Assembly (NCBI GenBank): GCA_016206155.1
Contig: JACQSC010000001.1
Span: forward strand, 5,105-69,104
From: Candidatus Uhrbacteria bacterium
Lineage (GTDB): Bacteria; Patescibacteriota; Patescibacteriia; JACQRZ01
DNA length: 64,000 nt
Direction: 5' to 3'
A program made the position numbers and the translations under genes. Positions 37,805 through 48,177 of this stretch are shown here, piece by piece. The notes beneath the pieces are model-generated. The model was not told the origin of the DNA. It made no database searches and saw nothing but the letters and a program-made list of their open reading frames with translations. Position 1 is the stretch's first letter; each line of letters opens with the position of its first letter.

Positions 37805-37847
37805 GGGGTCAGGCACAGATTCGCTTCGCGAAACTGAGCCTGACCCC
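37805..37847. repeat. Intergenic REP-like palindrome (GGGGTCAGGC...GCCTGACCCC)
   Basis: 10-bp IR with the same core as the RAYT ends. Confidence 0.75.
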
Positions 37848-37854
37848 ACTGAAC

Positions 37855-37890
37855 AAATCAACGGCTAAACCGGTTTAGCCGTTGATTTTT
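37855..37890 (+). terminator. Rho-independent terminator of the giant protein gene
   Basis: AAATCAACGGCTAAAC-CG-GTTTAGCCGTTGATTT + U-tract. Confidence 0.8.
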
Positions 37891-37957
37891 GTTTTGCGAG
37901 TGGTATACTAGAACCAACTATAATGTAATGTCTAGATTCCCATAAATTATTCATAGA

Positions 37958-37986
37958 CTGGATCCCGGCCTTCGCCGGGATGACAA
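37958..37986 (-). repeat. Short palindromic repeat TGTCATCCCGGCGAAGGCCGGGATCCA (intergenic copy)
   Basis: Reverse-complement match to the copies inside uvrB and the Dus gene. Confidence 0.8.
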
Positions 37987-37992
37987 ATTGCT

Positions 37993-38766
37993 ATGTCATC
38001 CTATTACAAAGGCAAACGATCACGAAACATCTTTGATCCTTTATCTCATGAGCCCTTTAGGGTCTCTCGTTCCAAGATCGAGCTTTTTTCCTCCTGCCCC
38101 CGTTGTTTTTATATCGACGTGCGGCTTGGTGTTGGCCAGCCTCCGGGATTTCCCTTTAATCTCAACTCCGCAGTTGATACTCTTCTTAAAAAAGAGTTTG
38201 ACATACATCGTAGCATGAGCACCGCGCATCCCCTCATGGAGGCGTATGGCCTTGACGCGGTGCCGTTCAGCCACGAGAAAATGGACGAGTGGCGCGATCC
38301 GTTCAAGGGTGTTACGTTTCTCCATGAGCCTACGAATTTTTATGTCACCGGAGGCGTTGATGACGTTTGGCAAAATCCGGAAAAGGAGCTTATCATCGTT
38401 GACTACAAGTCAACAAGTAAGGAAAGCGAGGTAACCATCGATGCGGAGTGGCAGCAATCATACAAGCGCCAGATGGAGATTTATCAGTGGCTCTTTCGCA
38501 ACAACGGTTTCTCCGTATCTGATACGGGGTACTTTGTTTACTGCAACGGCAGGCGCGATGTGGCTGCCTTTGATGGAAAACTTGAATTTGACATTAAGCT
38601 GATTCCCTATACCGGCAGTGACTTGTGGATCGAAAGCGCGCTTGCCAGCATGAAGCAACTACTCATGGCAGATGTGGTCCCTGAACCGGGCGACTGCTGT
38701 GATTTTTGTACCTATCGCCGCGATGCGCGAGAAGTCTTAACGAAACTCGTAACTCGTAACTCGTAA
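37993..38766 (+). CDS. PD-(D/E)XK nuclease, Cas4/AddB-like (stand-alone)
   Basis: SRSK...CPRCF, GGVDD, IVDYKS, QMEIY, C-terminal CDFC. Confidence 0.8.
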   Translation: MSSYYKGKRSRNIFDPLSHEPFRVSRSKIELFSSCPRCFYIDVRLGVGQPPGFPFNLNSAVDTLLKKEFDIHRSMSTAHPLMEAYGLDAVPFSHEKMDEWRDPFKGVTFLHEPTNFYVTGGVDDVWQNPEKELIIVDYKSTSKESEVTIDAEWQQSYKRQMEIYQWLFRNNGFSVSDTGYFVYCNGRRDVAAFDGKLEFDIKLIPYTGSDLWIESALASMKQLLMADVVPEPGDCCDFCTYRRDAREVLTKLVTRNS

Positions 38767-38840
38767 CTCGTAACTCGTACAGGGATTGGGAGGCGTCGTT
38801 TTTCCAAATTACAAGTTACGGATTACGAGTTACTGATTAC
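38744..38840. repeat. Heptamer repeat pair (AACTCGT x5 / degenerate TTACGAG)
   Basis: Tandem copies spanning the nuclease stop codon. Confidence 0.8.
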
Positions 38841-38846
38841 TATACT

Positions 38847-39848
38847 ATGGTTCTCCTCAAACTCCTCCTCATCTTTTGTTCCCTGGGCGGTTTTTTGCTT
38901 TCGTTGTATATTTTTCATAAAAAGCATCGACACGAAAAAATGTTGTGTCCCATCGGGGGGAAGTGTGAGGCAGTTCTTGCCAGCCAATACAATCGCTTCT
39001 TTGGCATTCCGCTTGAAACCATCGGACTGTTTTATTATGGCGCTGTCTTTATCTTCTCAACCGTGCGCGCGGTTATGGGGGGCGACCCCTTTCCTCTCAT
39101 ATCATTTGCGGTATTCGGCCTGACTATTACGGCATTTTTATTTTCTCTCTATCTCACCTTTATCCAGGCGTTCACGCTCAAGCAATGGTGCACGCTCTGC
39201 CTGACATCCGCCGCTCTGTGCACCATCATTTTTACGAGCACATTCATGACCTCTCAGCAGTCGTTCGTTGCGCTCTTGGGCGCCTACCAACCTCTGGTCA
39301 GCGCATTCTATCTCCTTGCGCTTGCCGTTGGACTTGGATGCGCGACCGTGACTGATGTGTTCTTTTTGAAGTTTCTCCGAGACTATCACATTTCTCAAAG
39401 CGAATATGATGTTCTCTCAACCCTCGCGCAAATGATGTGGGCATCACTCGCGGCGATTATCGTTGCCGGGGTTGGCCTGGCGCTCGGTGCGCCCGATGGA
39501 TACCAACTGCCCCACTCGATGTTCGTAAGCTGGATCGTATTGCTTGTCATTCTCATCAATGCGGCGGTTTTGAATCTTATTGTTGCGCCAAAGCTTCTTC
39601 ATATTTCTTTCCGCGAGAAACATGATCATGAAACGGGAGAGCTTGGCATCATTCACAAGCTTGCGTTTGAGTTGGGCGCCGTGTCTGTTGTTTCATGGTA
39701 TTTCGCCTTTTTTCTTACCGTTATTCCTGATACCGGGTACTCGTTTTTTGCGTTGAGCATATGGTACGGCGTGCTGGTCGTCGTCGGCGTTGCCGTTGGC
39801 CGACTTTTCGAGTATCGCATACGCCAATCTTCAAGAACAGCCGTATGA
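38847..39848 (+). CDS. Vitamin K epoxide reductase (VKOR) family protein with extra C-terminal membrane domain
   Basis: C....C..VL.S.Y..FFGIP and WCTLC motifs. Confidence 0.85.
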   Translation: MVLLKLLLIFCSLGGFLLSLYIFHKKHRHEKMLCPIGGKCEAVLASQYNRFFGIPLETIGLFYYGAVFIFSTVRAVMGGDPFPLISFAVFGLTITAFLFSLYLTFIQAFTLKQWCTLCLTSAALCTIIFTSTFMTSQQSFVALLGAYQPLVSAFYLLALAVGLGCATVTDVFFLKFLRDYHISQSEYDVLSTLAQMMWASLAAIIVAGVGLALGAPDGYQLPHSMFVSWIVLLVILINAAVLNLIVAPKLLHISFREKHDHETGELGIIHKLAFELGAVSVVSWYFAFFLTVIPDTGYSFFALSIWYGVLVVVGVAVGRLFEYRIRQSSRTAV

Positions 39849-42793
39849 ATGATATTTCAAAGCGCGAAGAAGATGTCTTGAGGTTCTGGGAAGAGCATCA
39901 TATCTTCAGAAAATCAGTTGACCAGCGTCCGGTAGAAAAGCCGTACGTTTTTTATGACGGGCCGCCATTCGCAACCGGTTTGCCGCACTATGGCCACCTC
40001 ATCGCATCGTTGATGAAGGATGTCGTCCCGCGCTACTGGACCATGAAAGGGTATCGGGTCGAGCGCGTATGGGGATGGGACTGTCATGGATTGCCAATTG
40101 AAAATATCATTGAGGAGAAGCTCGGACTCAAAACAAAAAAAGATATTGAAAGTTATGGCATCGATAGATTTAACACCGCTTGCCGTTCAACGGTATTGCA
40201 ATTTGCCGATGAATGGAAAAAAACGATTCGCCGATATGGACGATGGGTTGATATGGAGCGTGCGTATAACACCATGGACCGCTCATATATGGAAAGTGTG
40301 TGGTGGGTATTCTCCGAGCTCTGGAAGAAGGGGCTGATCTATGAGGGGAAAAAGCCCATGCACATCTGTCCGCGCTGCGCAACGCCACTTTCGAACTTTG
40401 AGGTGACCCTTGGTTACAAAGACATCAAGGACATCTCCGCAACCGCAAAGTTTCGATTGACCAACGCGGCAGAGAAGCTCGGACTTTTCGGCGACGTTTT
40501 TTTGTTGGCGTGGACAACGACCCCCTGGACACTGCCGGGTAATGTGCTCTTGGCGGTAGGAAGAGAAATTGACTATGGCATATTCAAAAATGGCCAAGGC
40601 GAACATATCATCTTGGCAAAAAATGCCTTGGACCATTACCAATCATTCGCCGGAAAAGACTATAGATATGTCAAAACCGTCAAAGGCGAAGGATTGGTCG
40701 GGTTGAACTACGAGCCGCTTTTTCCTTATTATACAAACAGTGTGCGTGCCTTTCGTGTCGTGGCTGGTGATTTTGTAACGACAGATGAAGGAACTGGCGT
40801 GGTGCACATTGCGCCGGCGTTTGGCGAGGACGACTTTGCGATTGCCGAGAAAGAATGTACCGGATTCATCCAGCATGTGACACTCGAGGGGACGTTCGTA
40901 CCCGAGGTGAGTGATTTTGCCGGCATGCCGGTCAAGCCAAAGGAAGATCCGACGCGCGCCGATGTTGAAATTATAAAATATCTTGCAAAACATGGCAGGC
41001 TTTTTGCAAAAGAAAAAATAGAACACAGCTATCCCCATTGTTGGCGGTGCGATACGCCCCTGCTCAATTACGCAACAAGCAGTTGGTTTGTGCGGGTAAC
41101 GGAGCTGAAAAAAGATCTCTTGACAGCCAACAAACAGACATCATGGGTTCCAGAACACATGAAGGATGGAAGGTTCGGCAAATGGCTTGCCGGCGCGCGT
41201 GACTGGGCGATTTCCCGCAACCGCTACTGGGGAACGCCATTGCCAATGTGGAGAAGCCAGGACGGCGAGGTGGTCTGTGTTGGAAGCGCGCGCGAGCTTG
41301 AGGAGCTTTCCGGGCATGCTATCGACGATCTTCACAAGGATGCGGTTGATGCTATCACATTTGAAAAAGACGGAAAGCTGTTTATGCGCATCCCCGATGT
41401 GCTCGATTGCTGGTTCGAGTCAGGATCGATGCCGTACGGACAAATGCACTATCCTTTTGAGAATAAGGAAAAATTCGAGCAGGGATTTCCCGCTGAGTTC
41501 ATCGCCGAAGGGCAAGATCAGACGCGTGGCTGGTTCTACACCCTGCATGTGCTTGCGGTTGCGCTGACGCGCGGAAAACAGCCATCGATTCCGCTGCGCG
41601 GCCCACTGCCGGCATTCAGGCACGTCATCGTTAACGGCATTGTGTTGGCTCAGGATGGCAAGAAGATGTCAAAAAAACTAAAAAATTATCCAGACCCTAT
41701 GGAGGTCATATCGAGATACGGCGCAGACGCCATGCGGTTCTATCTTGCCGCATCGCCTGCCATGCATGCGGAGAATTTGAATTTTTCCGAAGGTGGCGTT
41801 CGCGAGATGTATAATAAATGCGTCAATACCGTATGGAATATCGCGCAATTTTATACAATGTTTGCATCATTTCCTCACGCGCGGCTCGATCCGCGGGCAT
41901 TCCCCCATATTCTTGATCGCTGGATTCTTTCGCGCCTGCACAATACGCTCAAAAAAGTAACCACACATCTCAATGCCTACGAACTTGCGCAGAGCACGCG
42001 GCCGCTGCTGGAGTTTATTAGCGACTGCTCGCAGTGGTATGTGCGCCGTTCGCGCGAACGGTTTAAGGGTGAGATGTCAGAGGATCGCGGACAGGCGCTT
42101 GCAACATTACGCGAGGTCTTGTGCGTGCTTTCTAAGATCATTGCGCCGTTTACGCCATTTTTGGCTGAAGCGATACATCAAGGGTTAAGGGTTCAGGGTT
42201 CAGGGTTCAGCAAGGTGGAGTCTGTGCATTTAGAGCAATGGCCCGACTGGGACAATGCGTTTATCGACGAGAATCTCGAACGTGATATTGAGGATGCGCG
42301 CAGCATTGTCGAGATTGCGCACGCCCTTCGCGCGGAGGCGAACATGAAGGTGCGTCAGCCGCTTTCAACGCTCGTGTGTTCACAGCCGTTGCCGCGCGCT
42401 TTTCTGGATATGATTGCTGAGGAAGTAAATGTCAGAGAGGTTGTTGTAAAACCCAACCCAAAAGGAGGGGAGGGGTGGCATCTCAGGAGCGAAAAGAACC
42501 TGGCCGTTGCGCTGAACACAACCCTGACCGCAGAACTTGAAGAAGAGGGGGTGGTGCGCGAGATGATCCGCACCGTGAATGCATTGCGAAAAAAACGTGG
42601 ACTGACGATCCATGACATGGTTTCGTTTTGCTATTATACCGACGATCCGCGCCTTACAGATCTCATCGATCGCCATAGAGAAAAAATCGCAAAAAGTATT
42701 TTAGCAGAATCGCTTCGGTTGAAAAAAACAGCGTCAATGGATGAGCTGTCTGTGGGCGATCAAAAGGTTTTCATTTCCTTGAGTGTGACATGA
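39845..42793 (+). CDS. ileS: Isoleucyl-tRNA synthetase (type 2)
   Basis: DGPPFATGLPHYGH, GWDCHGLP, WTTTPWTLP, EGQDQTRGWF, KMSKK. Confidence 0.95.
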   Translation: MNDISKREEDVLRFWEEHHIFRKSVDQRPVEKPYVFYDGPPFATGLPHYGHLIASLMKDVVPRYWTMKGYRVERVWGWDCHGLPIENIIEEKLGLKTKKDIESYGIDRFNTACRSTVLQFADEWKKTIRRYGRWVDMERAYNTMDRSYMESVWWVFSELWKKGLIYEGKKPMHICPRCATPLSNFEVTLGYKDIKDISATAKFRLTNAAEKLGLFGDVFLLAWTTTPWTLPGNVLLAVGREIDYGIFKNGQGEHIILAKNALDHYQSFAGKDYRYVKTVKGEGLVGLNYEPLFPYYTNSVRAFRVVAGDFVTTDEGTGVVHIAPAFGEDDFAIAEKECTGFIQHVTLEGTFVPEVSDFAGMPVKPKEDPTRADVEIIKYLAKHGRLFAKEKIEHSYPHCWRCDTPLLNYATSSWFVRVTELKKDLLTANKQTSWVPEHMKDGRFGKWLAGARDWAISRNRYWGTPLPMWRSQDGEVVCVGSARELEELSGHAIDDLHKDAVDAITFEKDGKLFMRIPDVLDCWFESGSMPYGQMHYPFENKEKFEQGFPAEFIAEGQDQTRGWFYTLHVLAVALTRGKQPSIPLRGPLPAFRHVIVNGIVLAQDGKKMSKKLKNYPDPMEVISRYGADAMRFYLAASPAMHAENLNFSEGGVREMYNKCVNTVWNIAQFYTMFASFPHARLDPRAFPHILDRWILSRLHNTLKKVTTHLNAYELAQSTRPLLEFISDCSQWYVRRSRERFKGEMSEDRGQALATLREVLCVLSKIIAPFTPFLAEAIHQGLRVQGSGFSKVESVHLEQWPDWDNAFIDENLERDIEDARSIVEIAHALRAEANMKVRQPLSTLVCSQPLPRAFLDMIAEEVNVREVVVKPNPKGGEGWHLRSEKNLAVALNTTLTAELEEEGVVREMIRTVNALRKKRGLTIHDMVSFCYYTDDPRLTDLIDRHREKIAKSILAESLRLKKTASMDELSVGDQKVFISLSVT

Positions 42794-42883
42794 GGCCCAA
42801 ACGGCAGTGCGTTAAGCAAAAAAATGTCCCACCACACAAGATGTCCACATACGATAATTGTTCGGATGTGATACAATTATATT

Positions 42884-42916
42884 AACCCCTAACCCCAAAC
42901 CCCAAACCCCAAACCT
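42884..42916. repeat. Heptamer tandem repeat (AACCCCA-like)
   Basis: aacccctaaccccaaaccccaaaccccaaacc. Confidence 0.75.
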
Positions 42917-43003
42917 ATGGCCCCCCAAAAAAAGAAAAAGCAGACAACCGGCATCAAGCTGCCAAAGCTCGTTCGCCACACCAAGAAAGCAAAACGGAAG
43001 TAA
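42917..43003 (+). CDS. 28-aa Lys-rich small ORF (MAPQKKKKQTTGIKLPKLVRHTKKAKRK)
   Basis: Fills the gap between a TACAAT -10-like site and the next gene. Confidence 0.35.
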   Translation: MAPQKKKKQTTGIKLPKLVRHTKKAKRK

Positions 43004-43011
43004 TTTATTTT

Positions 43012-44397
43012 ATGGTAAAAAGTAAAAAGAAAAAAGAGGAAGGCCACGAGCACTTTAAGAGCGCGTGGGTTGTGACGGTTGATATGGGGTATGGCCACCA
43101 GCGCGCCGCATACCCAATGCATGATATTGCCCACAAGGGCATTATCACAATGAATAATTACAAGGGCCTTCCGCGATCCGAAAGAGAGCTGTGGATTAAA
43201 AGCAGGGAGGGATATGAGTTTGTTTCTCGCATTCAGGCGCGCAGCGTGATTGGCAAGTACGTCTTTGAATTGTTTGATAAGATTCAGGAAATTCCGAGTT
43301 TCTACCCTCGCCGCGATCTCTCGCGCCCCAATCTTCAGCTTCTTCAGACCTATGCCATGATTGAAAGGCAGGGTCTTGGCAAACATCTCTTCACTAAGGT
43401 ATTGGTAGAAAATCAGCACCTGCCTCTCCTCTGCACCTTCTTTCTCCCCGCTTTTGCCGCAGAGCACTACGGGTATGAAGGGGAGATCTATTGTCAGGTA
43501 TGCGATGCGGACGTGAGCCGTACGTGGGTGCCAAAAGATCCAAAGCGCAGCAGGATCAAGTACCTTGCGCCGAACAAGCGCGTTGTAGAGCGCTTAAAAC
43601 TCTATGGCGTGAAAGAAGAAAATATCTTTTTTACCGGCTTTCCGCTACCAAAGGAAAATATCGGCAATGCCGATTTGGAGATTTTGAAGAAGGATCTTGG
43701 GGCGCGGCTCTTGAATCTCGACCCGCATCGTCTTACGCTTCACAAGTTTGGACATATCATTAATTATCACCTTGGGAAAAAATATATTCCAAAGCGCGCA
43801 GCGCATCCTCTGACGCTGGTATTTGCTGTTGGAGGCGCCGGCGCGCAAAGTGATATTGGTGAGGCGATTATCAAGAGTTTGCGCCAAAGGATTCTTGGCG
43901 GTGAGCTGCGCCTTCATTTGATAGCCGGAGTGCGCAAGGAGGTAAAAGATTTTTTTGAAGAGCAGGTAAAAAAAAATACACTGGAGGAGGAGCTGGGGCG
44001 CGGTGTTCGCATTTTTTACGAAAAATCAAAACTGGACTATTTCAAGAAATTCAACGAGCTTTTGAGAAAAACCGATATTCTCTGGACCAAGCCATCGGAA
44101 CTCTCGTTTTATACGGCCCTGGGACTTCCGATCATAATGGCGCCTTCGGTGGGTTCGCAAGAGGACTTCAATCGCACATGGCTCAAGACCGTCGGCGGCG
44201 GCATTTCACAGGACGATCCGCGGTATGCCGATGAGTGGCTCTTTGACTGGATTGAGAGCGGATGGCTTGCCCGCGCCGCGCTGAATGGTTTTATTGAGGC
44301 GCCGATTATGGGAACGTACGCTGCGCAGCGATTGGTCCTGACCGCGCACGATCATGAAGCCGAGAGAATAGAAGAAAAGTCGCCACTTGCGGTTTGA
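43012..44397 (+). CDS. GT-B-fold glycosyltransferase-like protein (MurG/MGDG synthase-related)
   Basis: MGYGHQRAA, TGFP, AVGGAG, DILWTKPSELS...GLP, GSQE..N. Confidence 0.65.
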   Translation: MVKSKKKKEEGHEHFKSAWVVTVDMGYGHQRAAYPMHDIAHKGIITMNNYKGLPRSERELWIKSREGYEFVSRIQARSVIGKYVFELFDKIQEIPSFYPRRDLSRPNLQLLQTYAMIERQGLGKHLFTKVLVENQHLPLLCTFFLPAFAAEHYGYEGEIYCQVCDADVSRTWVPKDPKRSRIKYLAPNKRVVERLKLYGVKEENIFFTGFPLPKENIGNADLEILKKDLGARLLNLDPHRLTLHKFGHIINYHLGKKYIPKRAAHPLTLVFAVGGAGAQSDIGEAIIKSLRQRILGGELRLHLIAGVRKEVKDFFEEQVKKNTLEEELGRGVRIFYEKSKLDYFKKFNELLRKTDILWTKPSELSFYTALGLPIIMAPSVGSQEDFNRTWLKTVGGGISQDDPRYADEWLFDWIESGWLARAALNGFIEAPIMGTYAAQRLVLTAHDHEAERIEEKSPLAV

Positions 44398-44406
44398 GCC
44401 AACGCC

Positions 44407-45417
44407 ATGAACCGGTTGAAAAAATTTTTACTCATCGTTTTTTTCGGCGGGAGCGCGTTCTTTGGGCTTTTTCTTATTCTCCTCAATCTTCCCGGATCGC
44501 AAAGCGAAAAGACGCCGGTGTTTGGCGTCAGCTTTACGCCCGCGTACGCGACAAGCCTTGATCTTAATTGGCAAGCTGCCTATACCGCGATGCTTGATGA
44601 TTTGGGTGTGCGGCATTTTCGCCTTTCTGCACAGTGGGACACGATTGAACCCATTGACAACACCTATAGCCTTGACGATCTTGATTTTCAGATGGATGAG
44701 GCGATGCGCCGCGGCGCAGAGGTTCTGCTTGGTGTGGGCCGCAAGCTTCCGCGTTGGCCCGAATGCCATGATCCCGCATGGGCAAAAGGATTGACAAAAA
44801 AGGAGCGCAGAGAAAAAATTCTTGAGAACGTCCGCGTTGTTGTCGAGCGGTATAAGGATCATCCCGCGCTCAAGCGATGGCAGGTGGAGAACGAGGTACT
44901 CTTTCCTTTCGGCGTGTGTCCCGATGGTTTTGACATCGCTCTTTTAAAGAAAGAAATTGAACTGGTGCGCTCGCTTGATGACCGGCATGAGATTGTTATG
45001 ACCGATTCGGGAGAGTGGACGTTCTGGATTCCAATTGCGTTCTATGGTGACGTTCTTGGCATCAGCATGTATCGTGAAGCGTGGAATGAACTTTTGAATA
45101 TGCATATCCAGTTTCCCATTAACGAGGGATGGTATCAGTTGCGCAGCCGTTTGGTTGCCCCATGGAAGGAATCGATTATAGTGACCGAACTGCAAACAGA
45201 GCCTTGGGCGGGAAAAGCCATTAAGGACATGGCGCCTGAGGAGTCGCTGAAGTGGATGCCATTGGAAAAAATTCAAGAAAACATCCGCTTTGCGAAAAAT
45301 GTTGGACTGAGCGAAGTATATCTTTGGGGGGCTGAGTGGTGGTACTTCCTCCGTCAGCAGGGATATCCAGAAATTTGGAACGGGCTGAAGGAGGTGTTTA
45401 TAGGTCAACAAAAATGA
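44407..45417 (+). CDS. Membrane-anchored clan GH-A glycoside hydrolase
   Basis: N-terminal TM; W..IEP, WQVENE (acid/base), VTELQ (nucleophile), YLWG.EWW. Confidence 0.75.
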   Translation: MNRLKKFLLIVFFGGSAFFGLFLILLNLPGSQSEKTPVFGVSFTPAYATSLDLNWQAAYTAMLDDLGVRHFRLSAQWDTIEPIDNTYSLDDLDFQMDEAMRRGAEVLLGVGRKLPRWPECHDPAWAKGLTKKERREKILENVRVVVERYKDHPALKRWQVENEVLFPFGVCPDGFDIALLKKEIELVRSLDDRHEIVMTDSGEWTFWIPIAFYGDVLGISMYREAWNELLNMHIQFPINEGWYQLRSRLVAPWKESIIVTELQTEPWAGKAIKDMAPEESLKWMPLEKIQENIRFAKNVGLSEVYLWGAEWWYFLRQQGYPEIWNGLKEVFIGQQK

Positions 45418-45674
45418 ACGATATCGCGGTGGGACGCACCGTGAGCGTCGAGGGCGAGGTTTCGGGATATACCGTCAGCAATGGAAAGTGGATCTTTTTT
45501 GATTTAAAGGACGAGCAAGGGAAGATCGGTTGTTTTACCGCCGCGTTGAATCTGTCACAAGCGTTTGAAGACGGCATGCAGATTGTTGTCCATTATTCTT
45601 TTCCAAAAAAGTGGAGAACGCTTGATATCTTCTCCTCGACGCTGAGCAATCCCGAATTCAAGGTAAGGTGGTAG
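45414..45674 (+). pseudogene. xseA: Exonuclease VII large subunit N-terminal OB-fold remnant
   Basis: VEGEVS......WIFFDLKDE...I.C......DGMQIVV; homology stops where the opposite-strand gene begins. Confidence 0.6.
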
Positions 45675-46147
45675 CCGGCAGGGTCGCGATAGTCATACCA
45701 CTCGCCGTAAATTTTTTTTGAAACAGTGAGCTGACGCTCTTCTCGTTGATTTAAGAGCATTTTGATTTCGTCAAGCGTTTTCCCCGCGTATTTATTCGTC
45801 TGCGTTGCCCGTTCAGCTCGAATCTGCACCGGCGCGGTAATAAAAACCCGCAAGACAGGTAAACCGTCGCCGATGATACCATGCCACATGTCGCCAATGA
45901 CGTTTCCACGCTCGAGCATCTCGTGCGCGCGCTGGTCCATTGCGCTGTCTTCCTCAAGGGTAATGGTGGTGAGATAGTTTTCGAACGACACCTCCTTATC
46001 GGGGTACTTTTTTGTCCATTCTTCCCGCCAGAGTCCGCCAACATAGAATACGGGCCATCCCAACACCTCGGCAAGCTGGCGCGATGTTGTGGTCTTTCCC
46101 GAACCGGGAAGTCCCGAGAAGAGAATGCCGGAATATCGTTTTCCCAT
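45593..46147 (-). CDS. cmk: Cytidylate kinase, archaeal-type
   Basis: SGLPGSGKTT, G.LWRE, R.ER, RE......YG, YHLTLNS. Confidence 0.75.
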   Translation of the reverse strand: MGKRYSGILFSGLPGSGKTTTSRQLAEVLGWPVFYVGGLWREEWTKKYPDKEVSFENYLTTITLEEDSAMDQRAHEMLERGNVIGDMWHGIIGDGLPVLRVFITAPVQIRAERATQTNKYAGKTLDEIKMLLNQREERQLTVSKKIYGEWYDYRDPAGYHLTLNSGLLSVEEKISSVLHFFGKE

Positions 46148-46383
46148 TGATTTTTCAGGCATAATTTGATACGCTGGAACAAGAATCTTATTGACCTTCA
46201 CCAATTACCTTAACGAAAAACCTATGATTTTGGCCAGCTCCTTGCTCTTCGCCGCAAAAAATTCTCATCGTACTGATAGTACGACTGCGGTTTTTTACGC
46301 CTCCAGAGCAGCAGATCTGTCTCAAAATCATACACTTTTTCTTGTTAACGCAATTGGTGAAGGTCAATAAAGCTGACAGCGTT

Positions 46384-47226
46384 ATGACGCATGAAACCGC
46401 GCAGGCAATACTACGATTGAATCGGGAGACATACGAAAAGATCGCTCCCGAGTTTGACAAAAGCCGAAACGTCCTTTGGGATGATTTTAGCATCTTCGAC
46501 GCATATGTCAAAGAAGGCATGCGGGTGTTGGATATCGGCTGTGGAAGCGCGCGGCTCTTTCGTTACCTGCGCGACAAGGGGGTGCGGTACATCGGTATTG
46601 ATAACAATCAATACCTTATCGAAAAAGCGCGCGAACGATATCCGAGGGGCACGTTTATTCACGGAGACGTCTTGCAGCTTGAAAAGATTCCCGAGCTTTC
46701 CGGCCAGACTTTTGACTGCGTTTTTTGCATCTCTCTGCTCTCGCACATTCCGTCGCACGAGTATCGGCGGTACGCTCTCTTGGGAATGCGCACCTTTGTG
46801 CGGCCGACGGGGACGCTGATGATGCTTAACTGGAATCTTTGGCGGCCAGGCATACGTCCCGGATGGCGCCAGAAGAACATTTGGACGGGCAATCTTCAGC
46901 GGCTGTTTCTTGAAACCGATGTATGGACACTTCGGTATCGCGTTCCCGAGCGAAAGCTTGGTTTGCGCGATGTCATGGCTTGGTGGGGCGATTCATATTA
47001 CGGGTGGCCGCTCTATTACCGCGCATTTACCGCAGGTGAATTAAAGAAGCTTTGTGTCAGGGTTGGATTTCGTGATGTGACCTCGTTCTATGTGCGTCGC
47101 GGCAGGCACGCCTTGTGGTGGAATGGGCGTACGATTGCGACTATGGCGCACATGACGCCGATTCCACTTCAGAATAAGGCGGCTGTTCAAGAAAAGATTG
47201 TCGTTTCTGCAGTCAGTCCGGCCTAG
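46384..47226 (+). CDS. Class I SAM-dependent methyltransferase
   Basis: Y.KIA.EF..SR, VLDIGCGSAR, IGID, GDVL. Confidence 0.85.
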   Translation: MTHETAQAILRLNRETYEKIAPEFDKSRNVLWDDFSIFDAYVKEGMRVLDIGCGSARLFRYLRDKGVRYIGIDNNQYLIEKARERYPRGTFIHGDVLQLEKIPELSGQTFDCVFCISLLSHIPSHEYRRYALLGMRTFVRPTGTLMMLNWNLWRPGIRPGWRQKNIWTGNLQRLFLETDVWTLRYRVPERKLGLRDVMAWWGDSYYGWPLYYRAFTAGELKKLCVRVGFRDVTSFYVRRGRHALWWNGRTIATMAHMTPIPLQNKAAVQEKIVVSAVSPA

Positions 47227-47236
47227 GGATTTTCCT

Positions 47237-47419
47237 ATGAATCGCCACAAGACACGAGCGGAAAAGCGCGAAGAAATTGATCAAAAAGCAAAAACAGCGC
47301 CGCGCGGCGGTACGCGCGCAGGGCAAGCTGCGAATACAGCCGTACGCCGCGGGTATGCGGGCTTGCCAAAGGGATTGAAGATACGAGTTTATAAAGAGAA
47401 GAATGCCGAGCGTATATGA
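47237..47419 (+). CDS. Small basic hypothetical protein
   Basis: Stop overlaps the next start. Confidence 0.45.
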   Translation: MNRHKTRAEKREEIDQKAKTAPRGGTRAGQAANTAVRRGYAGLPKGLKIRVYKEKNAERI

Positions 47420-47640
47420 AAAACAAAGATAATGAATCGAAAATTTATTTTGAAGAGCCGTCGCAAATCGCCCAATCAATTGCATCTTCTCCTGATTGGC
47501 AGAAAGTCGTTGATGAACAAACAGCAGCGCGCCTCACATTGCTCGGGAGGATTGCGGCTGCCTTTTCGCCGGATCATGTAAATCAGCTCCGCTCCATGGT
47601 TGCACGTGAGGCAGCAGCACGCAAGGAAGCAGAAAAATAA
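47416..47640 (+). CDS. Hypothetical protein
   Basis: 74-aa ORF in a packed operon. Confidence 0.55.
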   Translation: MKNKDNESKIYFEEPSQIAQSIASSPDWQKVVDEQTAARLTLLGRIAAAFSPDHVNQLRSMVAREAAARKEAEK

Positions 47641-47667
47641 TAATGATTCATAAATGATACGAATGGT

Positions 47668-48177
47668 ATGGATACAAAGAACCCTCATTCAGTTGAGCAC
47701 ATTCCTCAGCTTGATCGTGAAGAATTGCGCGCATTCATTCGTGATGGTATTCGCAAAGCAGTTGAAGCGGGGCATGATTTTTCACCCCAAACCATCCCGA
47801 CTGTTTCGCTTGGTGATATGCGTACTGTAGTCAGCGATCTTCTGCGCGAATATGTTGAGCGTGATGCGGCAAATGAATTTGTAACATTATTTTATGCGAT
47901 GAGTGATATCCTTCCAATGCAAGGCGATCGGAATGAAGATATTGCGCCACAGGGTGCGCGCGCTATTCGAGACGCCCTTAATAAGAAAATTATGGAGCTC
48001 TGGAGAGAAGATATAATGTCCGAAGAAGGAAAGAATCCTCAAAACGAGTTATTGCTTAAGCGCGCGTTTCATTTCGGCATATTCAACAAAGACGACATAC
48101 GAGGGATTTCTGGATTAAAGGATGCTGAAAGTATTGGATATCCGTACGGTCAAGGTCCCGGTAAAGATAGATCATGA
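47668..48177 (+). CDS. Hypothetical protein
   Basis: 169-aa ORF overlapping the uvrB start. Confidence 0.65.
   Translation: MDTKNPHSVEHIPQLDREELRAFIRDGIRKAVEAGHDFSPQTIPTVSLGDMRTVVSDLLREYVERDAANEFVTLFYAMSDILPMQGDRNEDIAPQGARAIRDALNKKIMELWREDIMSEEGKNPQNELLLKRAFHFGIFNKDDIRGISGLKDAESIGYPYGQGPGKDRS

Noticed and set aside
37993-38766. Cas4-like nuclease as evidence of a CRISPR-Cas system
   Set aside because: No repeat-spacer array or other cas genes in the window; the nearby repeats are heptamers without spacers.
42823-42849. Direct repeat ATGTCCCAC x2 after ileS
   Set aside because: Only two 9-bp copies and no supporting regulator; insufficient evidence.
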